Below are positions 51,987 to 64,000 of a DNA stretch of 64,000 nt, piece after piece; position 1 is the stretch's first letter, and each line of letters opens with the position of its first letter. This DNA comes from Syntrophales bacterium (GTDB lineage Bacteria; Desulfobacterota; Syntrophia; Syntrophales; UBA4778), in NCBI GenBank assembly GCA_963665615.2, contig CAXXQE010000006.1, positions 372,001-436,000 of the forward strand. Direction: 5' to 3'. Both the position numbers and the translations under genes were made by a program. The notes under the pieces are model-generated. The model saw nothing but the letters and a program-made list of their open reading frames with translations, was not told the DNA's origin and did not search any database.

Positions 51987-52220
51987 AATCCGGTAGCGAG
52001 TGCATGTCTCGCAGCTTGCTGCGGGGCAAAACGAGCGCATTATGTTTAAACTTTTTCCTTAGGGATCGGAGATTAGCCGGCGCTTGCGCCGGGAAATCTT
52101 CAATCCGGTAGCGAGCGTATGACTCGCAGCTTGCTGCGGGGCAAAGCGAGCGCATCATGTTGAACACTTTGATATTCGGGTATCGGAGATTCTCCGAAGC
52201 TTTCTCTGAGGGATCTTCAA
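51987..52220 (-). repeat. Two head-to-tail family F copies (period 115 bp)
   Basis: AATCCGGTAGCGAG starts at 51987 and 52102; both units end ...ATCTTCAA. Confidence 0.9.
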
Positions 52221-52272
52221 TACCCGAATGAACGAATTCAAGAGCGCCTCACAAAGGCCGGAGCATGGAACC

Positions 52273-52494
52273 ATGTCATCACAAGACGAAGCCTTTCTCA
52301 GGGCCTATCAGCAGAAAGTCGAACAGAAACTCAGAGAAAACGAGATTGCCGTGATCGATCATTGGCGGGAACGTCTGGATCGATTGATTGTGCTCAAACC
52401 GGACGGTATCGCGTCACTGCAACTCGAGATGAAAAAATTGTCGGATATGATGAAAAACAGAGTCTCCGCCCTCAAACGCTCATCGGACGGATAG
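52273..52494 (+). CDS. Small helical hypothetical protein
   Basis: GGAG RBS; stop is 2 nt before the HD gene start; amphipathic helices. Confidence 0.65.
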   Translation: MSSQDEAFLRAYQQKVEQKLRENEIAVIDHWRERLDRLIVLKPDGIASLQLEMKKLSDMMKNRVSALKRSSDG

Positions 52495-52496
52495 CC

Positions 52497-53078
52497 ATGG
52501 AAAACCTCGTCAACTTTATCTTCGAGGTCGGGATGCTGCAAAAGACACCCCGCACCGGCTTTCAGTTTCTCGGCTCTGGCTGCGAATCTGTTGCAGAGCA
52601 TATTCTGCGGACGATTTTCATCGGCTATACCCTCTGCAAGCTGGAGAAGGACGTGGATGAATCCCGCGTTCTCAAGATGTGCCTCGTCCATGATCTGCCT
52701 GAAGCGCGAACGGGAGACATGAATTACGTCAACAAAAAATACGTCACGGTGGATGAGGCCAAGGCTGTCGAAGAACTGACCGCCACCCTCTTTTTTGGTG
52801 ACGATATTCGCGGCGCCATCGATGAGTTCAACGAGAAGAAGACCCGCGAGGCGCTGATCGCGCATGACGCCGATCAGCTCGCACTGATCTTCCAGTTGAA
52901 GGAATACGGCGATCTGGGGAATAAGTATAGTCAGGAGTGGATCGGATTCGCCAAACAGCGGCTCTCCACGGAGACTGCCAAGGCCATGGTAGAAACCGTT
53001 CTAAAAACCGATTCCTCGCAGTGGTGGTTTAAAGACAAAGGGGACTGGTGGATCAATGGCAGCAGAAAAAAGAAGTAG
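52497..53078 (+). CDS. HD-domain hydrolase (YfbR/HDDC2-like)
   Basis: RTG, ESVAEH, VHDLPEARTGD, DADQL. Confidence 0.88.
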   Translation: MENLVNFIFEVGMLQKTPRTGFQFLGSGCESVAEHILRTIFIGYTLCKLEKDVDESRVLKMCLVHDLPEARTGDMNYVNKKYVTVDEAKAVEELTATLFFGDDIRGAIDEFNEKKTREALIAHDADQLALIFQLKEYGDLGNKYSQEWIGFAKQRLSTETAKAMVETVLKTDSSQWWFKDKGDWWINGSRKKK

Positions 53079-54072
53079 CCTTTTCCTGCAGCAGTTGTCA
53101 AACCCGACAGCCTTGACCAAGGGCGTCACGCTGTTCGCCGCATGGGTCCTGGTGTGCCTGTCGCTTGGCGGTTGCGGCGACCCGAAGGTATCCGGCGTCC
53201 ATCTCAATGCAGGCCTCGCCTATATGGAAACAAAACAATACCCCCTCGCCATGCAGGAACTCATGAAGGCCGAGAAGCTCAATCCCTCGGATCCGAGCGT
53301 TCATTACTACATGGGCGTCATCTATCACGCCAGGGGGATGACCAAAGAGGCGATGGGCGAGATGGAGCGGGCCATCGCGCTCAAGGCGGATTACGCAGAC
53401 GCATACAACTACCTCGGTCTGATCTATGACAACGGCGGCCAATACGAAAAGGCTGTCGCCTGTTTTAAAAAGGCGGCAACAAACGTCCTGTACGAAACCC
53501 CTTCCTATGCCTGGAACAACCTCGGGGGAACCTATTACAAAATGGGAAACTACGATGCCTCAGCGGCCGCTTATGCCGAAGCCGCCCGGCTGGACATCAA
53601 TGTCGTCAACCGCGCGACTTTTGAAATTAACGCGGGGCGCGCCCTGATGACCAAGGGTGACGCTGACAAGGCGATCCCCTATTTCAGGGATGTGCAGAAA
53701 ATCATGCCCGACGCCTTTGAGGCCCACTATTGGCTGGGGAAGGCCTATCAACTCAAAAACAACCGCGAAGAGGCTCTCAAGGCGTTCCGTACCGTGGTTG
53801 AAAAGGCGCCCAACACCCCGCTGCAGGCGAAGGCTCAAGAGGCCATCGATCAGATCAATCGGGAAACGCCGAAAACCGTCGAGCCGAAAATTATTGAGCC
53901 GAAGAAACCTGCCACTTCTGCAGTGGACACTGCCACGCCGGCGCCGGTTGAGATCATCAAGAAGGAAAAAGAGACGACCGACGATCAGAGCGCTGTTGCG
54001 AAAAAGAAGCACAAGAAAAAGAAGAAAAAAATAAAGACCACGACGATCCAATCACTGATAGACGAAGACTAA
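53056..54072 (+). CDS. TPR-repeat lipoprotein (PilF/PilW-like)
   Basis: LGGC lipobox, several TPRs (AYNYLG, LYETPSYAWNNLG), Lys-rich tail; start uncertain. Confidence 0.75.
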   Translation: MAAEKRSSLFLQQLSNPTALTKGVTLFAAWVLVCLSLGGCGDPKVSGVHLNAGLAYMETKQYPLAMQELMKAEKLNPSDPSVHYYMGVIYHARGMTKEAMGEMERAIALKADYADAYNYLGLIYDNGGQYEKAVACFKKAATNVLYETPSYAWNNLGGTYYKMGNYDASAAAYAEAARLDINVVNRATFEINAGRALMTKGDADKAIPYFRDVQKIMPDAFEAHYWLGKAYQLKNNREEALKAFRTVVEKAPNTPLQAKAQEAIDQINRETPKTVEPKIIEPKKPATSAVDTATPAPVEIIKKEKETTDDQSAVAKKKHKKKKKKIKTTTIQSLIDED

Positions 54073-54087
54073 CGGGGCTCAACGATT

Positions 54088-54708
54088 ATGGCGACAAAGA
54101 AAAAGACGAGGGCCTCTGAATCCAAGGTCAAGAAGCGAAAAAAGAAGGTGCGCCTGTTTTGGCTGTTCCTAATGGGAGCGATCGGCCTGGCCTCTTTTCT
54201 TTTCCTGTTTTCAACGATCTCCGACTTTCTGAACTCCCCCGGGCCAGACCGGGAAGGCCACCTCGGTAAAATTCAAAGCCATCAGGTGACGTTATTCTTT
54301 TCCGATACCAATGAACGCTTCCTGATGCCTGAAAAGCGGCTCATTCCAAAACCGGCGGGTATCAAGCTGCAGGCTGCGGAAATCGTGAAGGCCCTGATTG
54401 ACGGTCCGCAGTCCGAACTGATCCGGACCCTGCCTGAAAACGCCCGACTGCTTAACGTGCAGGTCGATCATGGAACCGCTTTTGTCGATTTTAACGCCGA
54501 CCTGATCAGTAGGCATCCCGGAGGCAGCGCCAGCGAAATAGCGACCATCTATTCGCTCACCAACAGCCTGACGACCAACCTGCCTGCCATCCAACGGGTC
54601 AAGATCCTCGTTCAGGGGAAAGACCGCGAGACATTGAAAGGCCACATGGATCTGACCAAGGCCTTCACCTTCAACAAAGAAATCGTCCGGAAACCCTCCG
54701 GTCAATAA
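54088..54708 (+). CDS. GerMN domain membrane-anchored protein
   Basis: Basic N-terminus plus TM, LIDGP, AFVDF, IYSLTNSL, VKILVQG...TLKGHMDL. Confidence 0.8.
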   Translation: MATKKKTRASESKVKKRKKKVRLFWLFLMGAIGLASFLFLFSTISDFLNSPGPDREGHLGKIQSHQVTLFFSDTNERFLMPEKRLIPKPAGIKLQAAEIVKALIDGPQSELIRTLPENARLLNVQVDHGTAFVDFNADLISRHPGGSASEIATIYSLTNSLTTNLPAIQRVKILVQGKDRETLKGHMDLTKAFTFNKEIVRKPSGQ

Positions 54709-54733
54709 GCACTGATACGGGTTTGAACTCATA

Positions 54734-56770
54734 ATGGCTCCGAAGACAAAACTATCCAAAACACGCAATATCGGCATTGTCGCGCATATCGATGCCGGCA
54801 AAACAACCGTTTCTGAAAGAATCCTTTATTATACTGGCAAGACCCATCGGATGGGCGAGGTGCACGACGGCGCGGCCGTTATGGACTGGATGCCGCAGGA
54901 ACAGGAGCGGGGCATCACGATCACCTCGGCGGTCACGACGTGCAGCTGGAAGAATCACGAGATCAACATCATCGACACGCCCGGCCACGTCGATTTCACC
55001 ATCGAAGTCGAGCGTAGTCTGCGCGTGCTCGACGGCGCGGTGGTCGTCTTCAGCGCCGTCGAAGGCGTCGAACCCCAATCAGAAACAGTTTGGCATCAGG
55101 CCGATAAGTACGGCGTCCCCAAGATCGCCTTCATCAACAAGATGGACCGTATCGGAGCCGATTTCGCAGGGGCCGTTGCTATGATGAAGGAACGCTTCAA
55201 TTCCCTACCGCTGCCCGTTCAGATCCCTTGGGGACAGGCGGACGGTTTCAGGGGCGTGATCGATCTCATCGGCCGGAAACTAATCACTTGGGATGAAAAA
55301 ACGCTGGGTGTCTCTTTCACCGAAGACACGGTCCCGCAGGAGATGCAGACGGAGACGGAAGAGGCACGCGATCACTTGATCGCCTCGTTGGCCGATCTCG
55401 ACGATGCCATTGCGGACCCCTACCTGAACGGTACAGAGATTCCGGCAAGCGACCTCCATGCGGCGATCCGCAAGCTGACCGTTTCGCTTCAGATCGTTCC
55501 CGTGCTGTGCGGTTCGGCCCTTCGCAACAAAGGGGTTCAGCCAATTCTCGATGCCGTGGTCAATTACCTGCCAGCACCGGATGATCTGCCTCCTGTTGCA
55601 GGCGTCCATCCGCAGACCGGCGCAGAGGTACACCGCGAGAGCACCGATAAGGATCCACTCAGTGCTCTCGCCTTTAAGGTTATGATGGACGAGGGCAGAA
55701 AAATAACCTATGTGCGGATCTATTCGGGCCAGCTCAAGGTGGGAGATGAGGTATACAACCCCGGCAAGAAGAAACCGGAAAAGATCTCGCGCCTCCTGAA
55801 AATGCACGCCAACAAACGGGAGCGCATCGAACAAACCGGCGCGGGCTCCATTGTCGCCGTGATGGGATTCAAGGAGACCGCGACAGGCGATACAATCTGC
55901 GCTGAGGGAAACCCGATTCTCCTGGAGGCGATCGAGTTCAAAGACCCCGTGATTACGCAAGCCATCGAGGCCAAGACCCCTGCCGATCAGGAAAAGCTCA
56001 CCGATGCCCTTGCCAAGCTCATGGAGGAAGACCCGACGGTCAAGGTCAAATATGAAGACGAGACGGCTCAGACGGTCATCTCCGGCATGGGGGAACTCCA
56101 TCTGGACATCCTGATCGACCGGTTGATTCGCGAATTCAACGTCCACGTCAACGTCGGCAAGCCTCGGGTCGTCTATCGTGAAACCATCGCCAAGGCTGTG
56201 GATATCGAGAAGCGTTTCGAGAAAGAACTCGGCGAGAAGAAGCACTTCGGCCAGGTCCGGCTGCGCCTGGAACCACGACCGAGAGGCGAAGGCATCGAGA
56301 TTGTCGATCGCATTCCGACCGATGCCCTTCCGGAAAGTTTCCGAACCGCAATTACCGAAGGCGTTCGCGAGGCCACCCTGAGCGGACCGTTGTCCGGCTA
56401 TCCCGTCGAGGATGTCCGGATCATCCTCTTAGAAGCACCGCTGCGCGAGGGCGAGTCGTCCGACCTGGGCTACAAGATCGCCGCCTCAACTACCTTCCGA
56501 GAGGGCTGCTCCCAGGCCGATCCAATCCTTCTGGAACCCATCATGAAGGTGGACATCATCGCCCCCAGCGAGTTTACCGGCGAGGTCATCGGCGACATCA
56601 ACGCCAGGCGTGGAGAGATCCTGAACATCGCCAACAAGGGGCACATCTGCGAGGTCCGCGCCAAGGTGCCCCTGGAGCGGATGTTCGGCTACTCGACCGA
56701 TCTGCGATCCGCCACGCAGGGACGCGCGACGTTTTCGATGCAGTTCCTGGAGTACAACAGCAGGGTCTAG
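54734..56770 (+). CDS. fusA: Elongation factor G paralog (EF-G2-like, outside the str operon)
   Basis: [37 protein letters not shown]; divergent domain IV. Confidence 0.9.
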   Translation: MAPKTKLSKTRNIGIVAHIDAGKTTVSERILYYTGKTHRMGEVHDGAAVMDWMPQEQERGITITSAVTTCSWKNHEINIIDTPGHVDFTIEVERSLRVLDGAVVVFSAVEGVEPQSETVWHQADKYGVPKIAFINKMDRIGADFAGAVAMMKERFNSLPLPVQIPWGQADGFRGVIDLIGRKLITWDEKTLGVSFTEDTVPQEMQTETEEARDHLIASLADLDDAIADPYLNGTEIPASDLHAAIRKLTVSLQIVPVLCGSALRNKGVQPILDAVVNYLPAPDDLPPVAGVHPQTGAEVHRESTDKDPLSALAFKVMMDEGRKITYVRIYSGQLKVGDEVYNPGKKKPEKISRLLKMHANKRERIEQTGAGSIVAVMGFKETATGDTICAEGNPILLEAIEFKDPVITQAIEAKTPADQEKLTDALAKLMEEDPTVKVKYEDETAQTVISGMGELHLDILIDRLIREFNVHVNVGKPRVVYRETIAKAVDIEKRFEKELGEKKHFGQVRLRLEPRPRGEGIEIVDRIPTDALPESFRTAITEGVREATLSGPLSGYPVEDVRIILLEAPLREGESSDLGYKIAASTTFREGCSQADPILLEPIMKVDIIAPSEFTGEVIGDINARRGEILNIANKGHICEVRAKVPLERMFGYSTDLRSATQGRATFSMQFLEYNSRV

Positions 56771-56974
56771 ACGTTCGGGGTTCGGGGTTGAAAAACCTCC
56801 CGACAATATGCCGAAGGAATTGATTGAAAATTTCACCGTTGTCCTGATATATAGGGTTTTCGCATCGGGTAACGACGCTTAAGCATCGATTGCTGTCCCG
56901 AAGACCGCTGGCTAAATAAATAACAAGACAAATAACCTTATATCATTAATCAAATAAGCAAGGAGGGTAATCTG

Positions 56975-57190
56975 ATGAGTGCTGAAGTAACTGCTCTTAT
57001 GCCGGGAACCGTATCCGAAATCCTGGTGAAAGTGGGAGACGAGGTAAAGATGGACGATGAGTTGTTGATCCTGGAAGCTATGAAGATGGAAAATCCGATC
57101 TGTGCCCCCGCGGATGGAAAGGTTGCCGAAATCAAGGTTGCCGAAGGGGACAAGGTGGATGCCAACCAGGTTTTGATTATCCTCGAGTAA
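56975..57190 (+). CDS. Stand-alone biotin/lipoyl carrier protein
   Basis: EAMKM biotinylation motif, MPG, AAGGAGG RBS. Confidence 0.9.
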   Translation: MSAEVTALMPGTVSEILVKVGDEVKMDDELLILEAMKMENPICAPADGKVAEIKVAEGDKVDANQVLIILE

Positions 57191-57251
57191 GCCCCCCTTG
57201 CCCCAGCCTCTCAAAAGCAGGTTGGGGCTGATATCATCGTTTCTTTTTGTT

Positions 57252-57288
57252 ATGAGGGCCGCGGCGGAATTCCCGCTGCGGCCCTCAT
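57252..57288 (+). terminator. Stem-loop/terminator after the biotin carrier gene
   Basis: ATGAGGGCCGCGGCGG-AATTC-CCGCTGCGGCCCTCAT. Confidence 0.6.
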
Positions 57289-57346
57289 CTCTTAATGAGC
57301 GCTCGAAACAGCCTCGACGTTATTGACTTCAACGGGAACCGGATTC

Positions 57347-58324
57347 ATGACCATCAAAGCCATCGCCCTTTTCTCCGGCGGACTCGACAGCACGCTTGCG
57401 GTCAAGGTCGTTCAACAGCAGGGGATCGATGTCATCGGAATGACCTTCGTCACCCCCTTCTTCGGACCCGAAAAGGCCATAACCGCTGCGCATCAAACAG
57501 GCGTTCATCTGGAGGTGGTTGACATCACAGAAGCGCACCTGACGATGCTCAGGGCGCCGCGCTACGGGTTCGGTCGCAATATGAACCCCTGCATCGACTG
57601 TCACGCCCTTATGCTCCGGATCGCGGGCGGGAAGATGCCGGAACTCGACGCCTCTTTTCTAATCACCGGCGAGGTTCTCGGTCAACGTCCCATGTCGCAG
57701 ACGAGACAATCTCTGCAAGTGGTCGGCAAGTACTCCGGTTACGGCGATGTGATCGTCAGGCCGCTCAGCGCCAGACTGCTTCCGGAGACCACCCCTGAAA
57801 GGGACGGACTGATCGACCGTAGCCGGCTGCTCGACATTCAGGGGCGGGGTCGAAAGAGACAGATGGAACTTGCAGAGTCGTTCGGCATCACCGAATACAG
57901 CAACCCCGCAGGAGGGTGCCTGCTCACCGACCCGATGTTTTCCAAGCGCCTTAAAGATCTCTTCAAATTCAAGCCTGATTATCGGGTGAAGGATATCGAA
58001 CTGCTCAAGGCGGGACGCCATTTTCGCTTGAATGAACGAACGAAGGTAATCGTCGGGAAAAACGAGAAAGACAACACAACGCTCCAGGGACTCATCTCGA
58101 CGGACGACATCGTCCTGCACGCCAAGGATCGACCCGGTCCGATCGTCGTGATGCCAGCGGGAAGCGATCCCGCCGACCTCCGGACGGCGGCCGCCATCTG
58201 CGCCCGTTATACCGGCGGTGCAAAGGGGGGAAAGATCCTGATCGAGTACACCCTGGGGGAAAATACGGACCGCCTAGAGATCGAGCCCGCCGAACCGGAT
58301 TGGGTCGCCTCGTTCATGATCTGA
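57347..58324 (+). CDS. ThiI/MnmA-like PP-loop tRNA sulfurtransferase family protein
   Basis: SGGLDS, NPCIDC, TGEVLGQRPMSQ, PAGGCLLT. Confidence 0.8.
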   Translation: MTIKAIALFSGGLDSTLAVKVVQQQGIDVIGMTFVTPFFGPEKAITAAHQTGVHLEVVDITEAHLTMLRAPRYGFGRNMNPCIDCHALMLRIAGGKMPELDASFLITGEVLGQRPMSQTRQSLQVVGKYSGYGDVIVRPLSARLLPETTPERDGLIDRSRLLDIQGRGRKRQMELAESFGITEYSNPAGGCLLTDPMFSKRLKDLFKFKPDYRVKDIELLKAGRHFRLNERTKVIVGKNEKDNTTLQGLISTDDIVLHAKDRPGPIVVMPAGSDPADLRTAAAICARYTGGAKGGKILIEYTLGENTDRLEIEPAEPDWVASFMI

Positions 58325-58339
58325 TTTTTTACGAAACCA

Positions 58340-58666
58340 TCATGAGTAGTGAACTGCCAGCCAGATCGTAGGGCGGTCCGGATCGGTCCAGACAACCCGA
58401 TGCCGGGTATGCGCCGGGATGGCGAGATAATCCCCCTTGGCGAGATGAGCCGACTCGCCGTCTTCGAAGAGGATCGTGCCCGCCCCTTCCAATACGACCA
58501 CCCACTCGTTTTCCTCTTGGTCGTACCATCCGTCCGCCGGCGAGGTATGTCCCTTCGATATAATCCGCTCGATCCGCAACTGGCCGTGATGCACCAATTC
58601 CTCGAAGGTCTCTAGCCCGAAGTCCTCCGGCAATGCTGATAAGATGTTGCCCATAGATTCATGCAC
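58340..58666 (-). CDS. Cupin domain protein
   Basis: IERIISKGH, WYDQEENEWVVVLEG, IPAHTRHRV; start may be a few codons later. Confidence 0.85.
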   Translation of the reverse strand: MHESMGNILSALPEDFGLETFEELVHHGQLRIERIISKGHTSPADGWYDQEENEWVVVLEGAGTILFEDGESAHLAKGDYLAIPAHTRHRVVWTDPDRPTIWLAVHYS

Positions 58667-58767
58667 GTTCGTTATTGCTCCGGCGACTCAATATGCGCCG
58701 ACGGGACCGCTGTGATCTATTTAATCGCCGAGGCGAGAGGGTCCGAATGCAATTCCCCCTTGTCGCA

Positions 58768-60297
58768 TCAAAGTGATTCCGCCTGGTGTTGTTGTCTCAG
58801 CAGATCGCGGATGGTTTTGACCGGATTGAAGGTTTCGACGGGAACCTCTACAAAGACTGAATTCCAGAGCGCCATAGCCCCGTTCCAGAGACCGGGATGC
58901 TCAAGCGCCTTCAATGCGCGGCCACTCTGCGACTTTTCAGAGATCAGACAGGTGCGACAATCGACGAACCGGGACAGATCGAAGGCCTCGCCGCGATAAT
59001 CCCGGACCGCGCAAACCAGATCGACCGGATTGAAGTAGCCGGCCTCCTGCCAGATACGCCTCTGCGTCTCGAATCCGAAATCAACCTGAGCCGATTCCAC
59101 GATCTGCATGGACTGCGTGCCATCATTTTCTTCTACCCAGAAGGGACCGCCGCCCGGTTCCCCTTCATTTTTCACAACGCCGCAAACCCTCAGCGGCCGG
59201 TTGAGCCGATCAATGAGGATTCGTCTCTTTTCATAGAGGTCTCCGGAACGGAAGGCCAAGGGGAAAACGACGTGCAGTTCATTTTCGCAAAACCGCACCA
59301 CTTCTTCGACAAGCTGCGGCGAAACGCTTCGTTTCTCCATAAAGGCCAGGAAATCGAAGATCCGCTCCTGCAATTTCAAGAGATAGCCGCCGAGAATTTT
59401 TTTATAGAGAACCGTTATCGCTTTCAAGTGGTCGGGAACCACATTGTCGATATTCTTTATGAGGATGATATCGCCCTTTAATGCATTGAGATTGGCAATC
59501 AAGGCGCCGTGTCCCCCGGGGCGGAAAACGAGCGCACCCGACTCGTCTCGAAAGAGCTGGTTGGCCGATCCCATGGCTATCGTATCGGTGCAGGACATCT
59601 GCGTGGAAAGACCGATTTCATAAGTCATGCCGAACTGCTTTTCATATTTCCCTTTGACCGTATCGATAAAATTCGCGGTCAGCAGCTGATGCTCCCCTGA
59701 TACCGTGAAGTGAATCCGGGCAACACGCGCGCGATCTCGAACGTAGAGGGCCGCCTCCACGAGGTGTTCCTCCAATGAGGTTCGGTGCCGATCGGAATAG
59801 CGGTGAAATTTCAGCAGGGCCTTGGGAAGGTTGGCATAGTTGAGGCCGCGGGGGGTCAGGATGAATTCCAGGATGCTCCGTAGATCCCTTCGCTCAATCA
59901 GTTCCAGCAGCGATAACCCGTTGCGAAGTACGATTTCGTCGAGGTCTTTATAGAAGGCATAGCGGTGAATGCTATTGAACAGTTCTTCCTCCGAGGCCTC
60001 GGAACATCCTTCGCAATAGGCAATATGCCAATCCTGGAACATGCGGCTGGCCGCGCCCGATGCCGGAACAAACTTCAGCATGCGCCCTTTTTGCTCCTCC
60101 CGCTCGTAACGGGCGATCAGGTCCGTCTTGTCACTTTCTGCAATGGAAACGATCCCGTCCCGAATGGCGCCGGGACGATTGAGCCTGTAATGGAAAGATC
60201 CCTTGCCCAACAGTTCGAGCTGCTGAGCCACCTGATCGGGTGTCAGACCATGCGCTTCGATTTCCCGCCTGTCACGATCGCAAAAGTTATAAGACAT
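58768..60297 (-). CDS. DUF4301 family protein
   Basis: KFVPASGAASRMF, FRPGGHGAL, IKNIDNV, GEPGGGPFW, FNPVK. Confidence 0.85.
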   Translation of the reverse strand: MSYNFCDRDRREIEAHGLTPDQVAQQLELLGKGSFHYRLNRPGAIRDGIVSIAESDKTDLIARYEREEQKGRMLKFVPASGAASRMFQDWHIAYCEGCSEASEEELFNSIHRYAFYKDLDEIVLRNGLSLLELIERRDLRSILEFILTPRGLNYANLPKALLKFHRYSDRHRTSLEEHLVEAALYVRDRARVARIHFTVSGEHQLLTANFIDTVKGKYEKQFGMTYEIGLSTQMSCTDTIAMGSANQLFRDESGALVFRPGGHGALIANLNALKGDIILIKNIDNVVPDHLKAITVLYKKILGGYLLKLQERIFDFLAFMEKRSVSPQLVEEVVRFCENELHVVFPLAFRSGDLYEKRRILIDRLNRPLRVCGVVKNEGEPGGGPFWVEENDGTQSMQIVESAQVDFGFETQRRIWQEAGYFNPVDLVCAVRDYRGEAFDLSRFVDCRTCLISEKSQSGRALKALEHPGLWNGAMALWNSVFVEVPVETFNPVKTIRDLLRQQHQAESL

Positions 60298-60421
60298 GGG
60301 CTCCTCAGAGATAGGATCATTATTTAATAAAAAACATTATAAATCAGTATAGGATCGTTTGACTAGATCTTTTTAGAAAGACGGGAGTAGGAAATGCAGG
60401 ACCGGAAGACAGTTATGCCAA

Positions 60422-61207
60422 TCACCCCTGATAGTAGGCATTGATACGGGCCACGTAATTGATCGTTTCGCGCGGCATTCTGCCGGGGCTGCGCTCGACG
60501 TTGCCCATGCCCCAGTTATAGGCGGCCAGAGCCAGATTCACGTCGCCGTCGTACCGGTCGAGCAGTCCCTTGAGGTAGCGCGTTCCGGCCATGATATTCT
60601 CCTCCGGATCATGCGGATTCTTCACGCCGAGGTCCCGCGCCGTGGCCGGCATCAGCTGCATCAGGCCCCGGGCGCCTTTAGGCGAAACCGCCTCCGGATT
60701 AAAATTGCTTTCGGTCTTGATGACCGCCGTGATGAGATCCGCATCGACCTGATAGGTCTTGGCGGCCCGCCCGATAATGTCGTCAAACCCGCCCGCCGCT
60801 CTTCGCCAGGGCGAGTTTTTGACAGAAGTCGTCGCTATAGAGGGAGCCGCAACCGGTTCTGGTTGGTTTTTTGACGGCCCATCCGGGTTCTTCAACGGCG
60901 CGGCAGGCAAATTAAGCGCGTTCGATCTGAAAAGGTCCGTCCCGAAATCAACCTGACCCTCCTCCGTTGTCATGACAGAATGGATAAGACGCTGGTTCAT
61001 CTGAAGCTGCAGCAGCCGGATCATCACCTGGAGTTTGTCCTTGTCAGGAGGCAACGCCTCGTTTACATTACCATTTTCCGCATGACCTCCCGAAGCGCTC
61101 TTCAGCATCTCCAAAAAGGCGCTGGCACCTGATGGCCGGCCTTTGTCTGCCATCCGGGCCAATTCCGATCGCAATGTACCCTGTCGGTCAGGCGTTAGAA
61201 CCTTCAT
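60422..61207 (-). CDS. Lytic transglycosylase (SLT domain)
   Basis: IKTES, GARGLMQLMP, AAYNWG, ETINYV. Confidence 0.9.
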   Translation of the reverse strand: MKVLTPDRQGTLRSELARMADKGRPSGASAFLEMLKSASGGHAENGNVNEALPPDKDKLQVMIRLLQLQMNQRLIHSVMTTEEGQVDFGTDLFRSNALNLPAAPLKNPDGPSKNQPEPVAAPSIATTSVKNSPWRRAAGGFDDIIGRAAKTYQVDADLITAVIKTESNFNPEAVSPKGARGLMQLMPATARDLGVKNPHDPEENIMAGTRYLKGLLDRYDGDVNLALAAYNWGMGNVERSPGRMPRETINYVARINAYYQG

Positions 61208-61290
61208 ATTCTATACCTCTCAACTTTAACTGAACTGAAACTATTCAAGTTACATGCCATGCGGTTTTAAAATGGGCGACGAGTAACGAG

Positions 61291-61488
61291 TGACGGCCTC
61301 GTAAAAAGTCGAATAACGTATCAATCATAAAACAAGAGGATGACGGGATGGGTTTCGAACGCGAATTAAAGATTTTTCCAGCCCGAAGGCATTGGCAATC
61401 GGGCGCCGAACATGACGGAAAAAGATTTCTGAGCGGCAGAAAGCCACCCCGTCATCCTTATTCCCTTTGACTTTTTACAGGACCATCA
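61291..61488. mobile_element. MITE-like element, same family as 13304..13459
   Basis: TGACGGCCTCGTAAAAAGTC...GACTTTTTACAGGACCATCA. Confidence 0.8.
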
Positions 61489-61496
61489 CGAGTGAC

Positions 61497-61653
61497 AGTG
61501 ACTCGTAAAAAGTCGAAAAATGCGTTATTGCGAGGAACGCAGTGACAAAGCAATCTCATAAATCCAGTTGGTTAGATTGCTTCGCTTCACTCCCCGACCA
61601 CTACCTCGGGACAAGCGCAATGACAGGAAAATATACTTTTTGAGAGGCCATCA
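61497..61653. mobile_element. Second MITE shell with the same TIRs but REP-type cargo
   Basis: GACTCGTAAAAAGT...ACTTTTTGAGAGGCCATCA; interior TTGCGAGGAACGCAGTGACAAAGCAATC...GATTGCTTCG..GCAATGAC. Confidence 0.75.
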
Positions 61654-61824
61654 CTCGTCACTTAAACAGGCAAGTATTTGACAAATCAGGACCACTACAG
61701 TAAAGATTACAAGGACGTAGCAGCATATTGCGAGCCCAACTCATGCAGGCTGTTCAAAAGGGTTCAAAGAGACAGGCAGGTTATGAGCCCTTTTCCACAG
61801 CCTGCCAATCGAAAGGTAAACGCC

Positions 61825-63879
<2,055 letters not shown>

Positions 63880-63882
<3 letters not shown>

Positions 63883-63930
63883 ATAGTAAATAGCAAAAAG
63901 TGACGAGTGACAAGTCACAGGTGACGGGCG
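63880..63930. repeat. Degenerate 7-bp tandem repeats (GTGACGA/GTAACGA type)
   Basis: GTGAATA-GTAAATA-GCAAAAA-GTGACGA-GTGACAA-GTCACAG-GTGACGG; similar arrays near 19460, 38031, 48154 and 61276. Confidence 0.6.
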
Positions 63931-64000
63931 AAAAAGCAGACGTTAAGAAGCTGAGGGGTTGAGAAGTCGGGGGTATTGAGAGCTTACTCAGATTTTTATC

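Noticed and set aside
51919..52167. 82-aa ORF and other short ORFs over repeats (1457..1720, 10001..10216, 17718..18035)
   Set aside because: They are largely translations of palindromic repeats, without RBS or domain support.
51987..52220. Tandem repeats as a possible CRISPR array
   Set aside because: The units are ~115 bp, similar along their length, dispersed elsewhere in the window, lack unique spacers, and no cas genes are present.
61244..61259. Sigma-54-like site (TGGCATGTAACTTGAA) upstream of the lytic transglycosylase
   Set aside because: The -12 element is GA rather than GC and there is no adjacent activator; too weak to call.
61678..61824. N-terminal extension of NadE
   Set aside because: NadE-like sequence begins near [15 protein letters not shown]; the upstream part looks non-coding.

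Overview
The window is bacterial chromosomal DNA. Gene content (Fe-S protein expansions, sigma-54 activators, many crotonases, a second EF-G) points to an anaerobic, probably syntrophic deltaproteobacterium (Syntrophales-like; inference). The left ~35 kb is accessory and catabolic, with three parts. (i) A minus-strand sigma-54 operon built around a two-subunit adenosylcobalamin-dependent acyl-CoA mutase whose substrate-binding residues match no characterised mutase I can recall. It also carries MeaB, a cobalamin adenosyltransferase, an acyl-CoA dehydrogenase, four crotonase-fold genes and a FabK/nitronate-monooxygenase-like flavoprotein, and lies divergent from a ~1046-aa TPR-GAF-AAA+ activator. 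(ii) Five uncharacterised Cys-rich 4Fe-4S proteins interleaved with an orphan CooC-like ATPase and an atypical SDR. (iii) A DUF1302/DUF1329/YCF48/MMPL envelope module with its own sigma-54 promoter and a paralogous activator, followed by IS481 and glycyl-radical-activase relics. The right ~29 kb is mostly housekeeping: recO, pyrR-pyrB-pyrC with a PyrR attenuator, two lepB, queA-tgt-yajC-secD-secF, mazG, a fusA paralog and nadE. Intergenic DNA is densely colonised by nested palindromic repeats and MITEs. One repeat sits in-frame inside a lipoprotein signal peptide, and a 24-bp mini-hairpin is inserted at the same C^GAG site five times. No rRNA, tRNA or CRISPR array was recognised. All family assignments and alignments were made by eye, without database searches.
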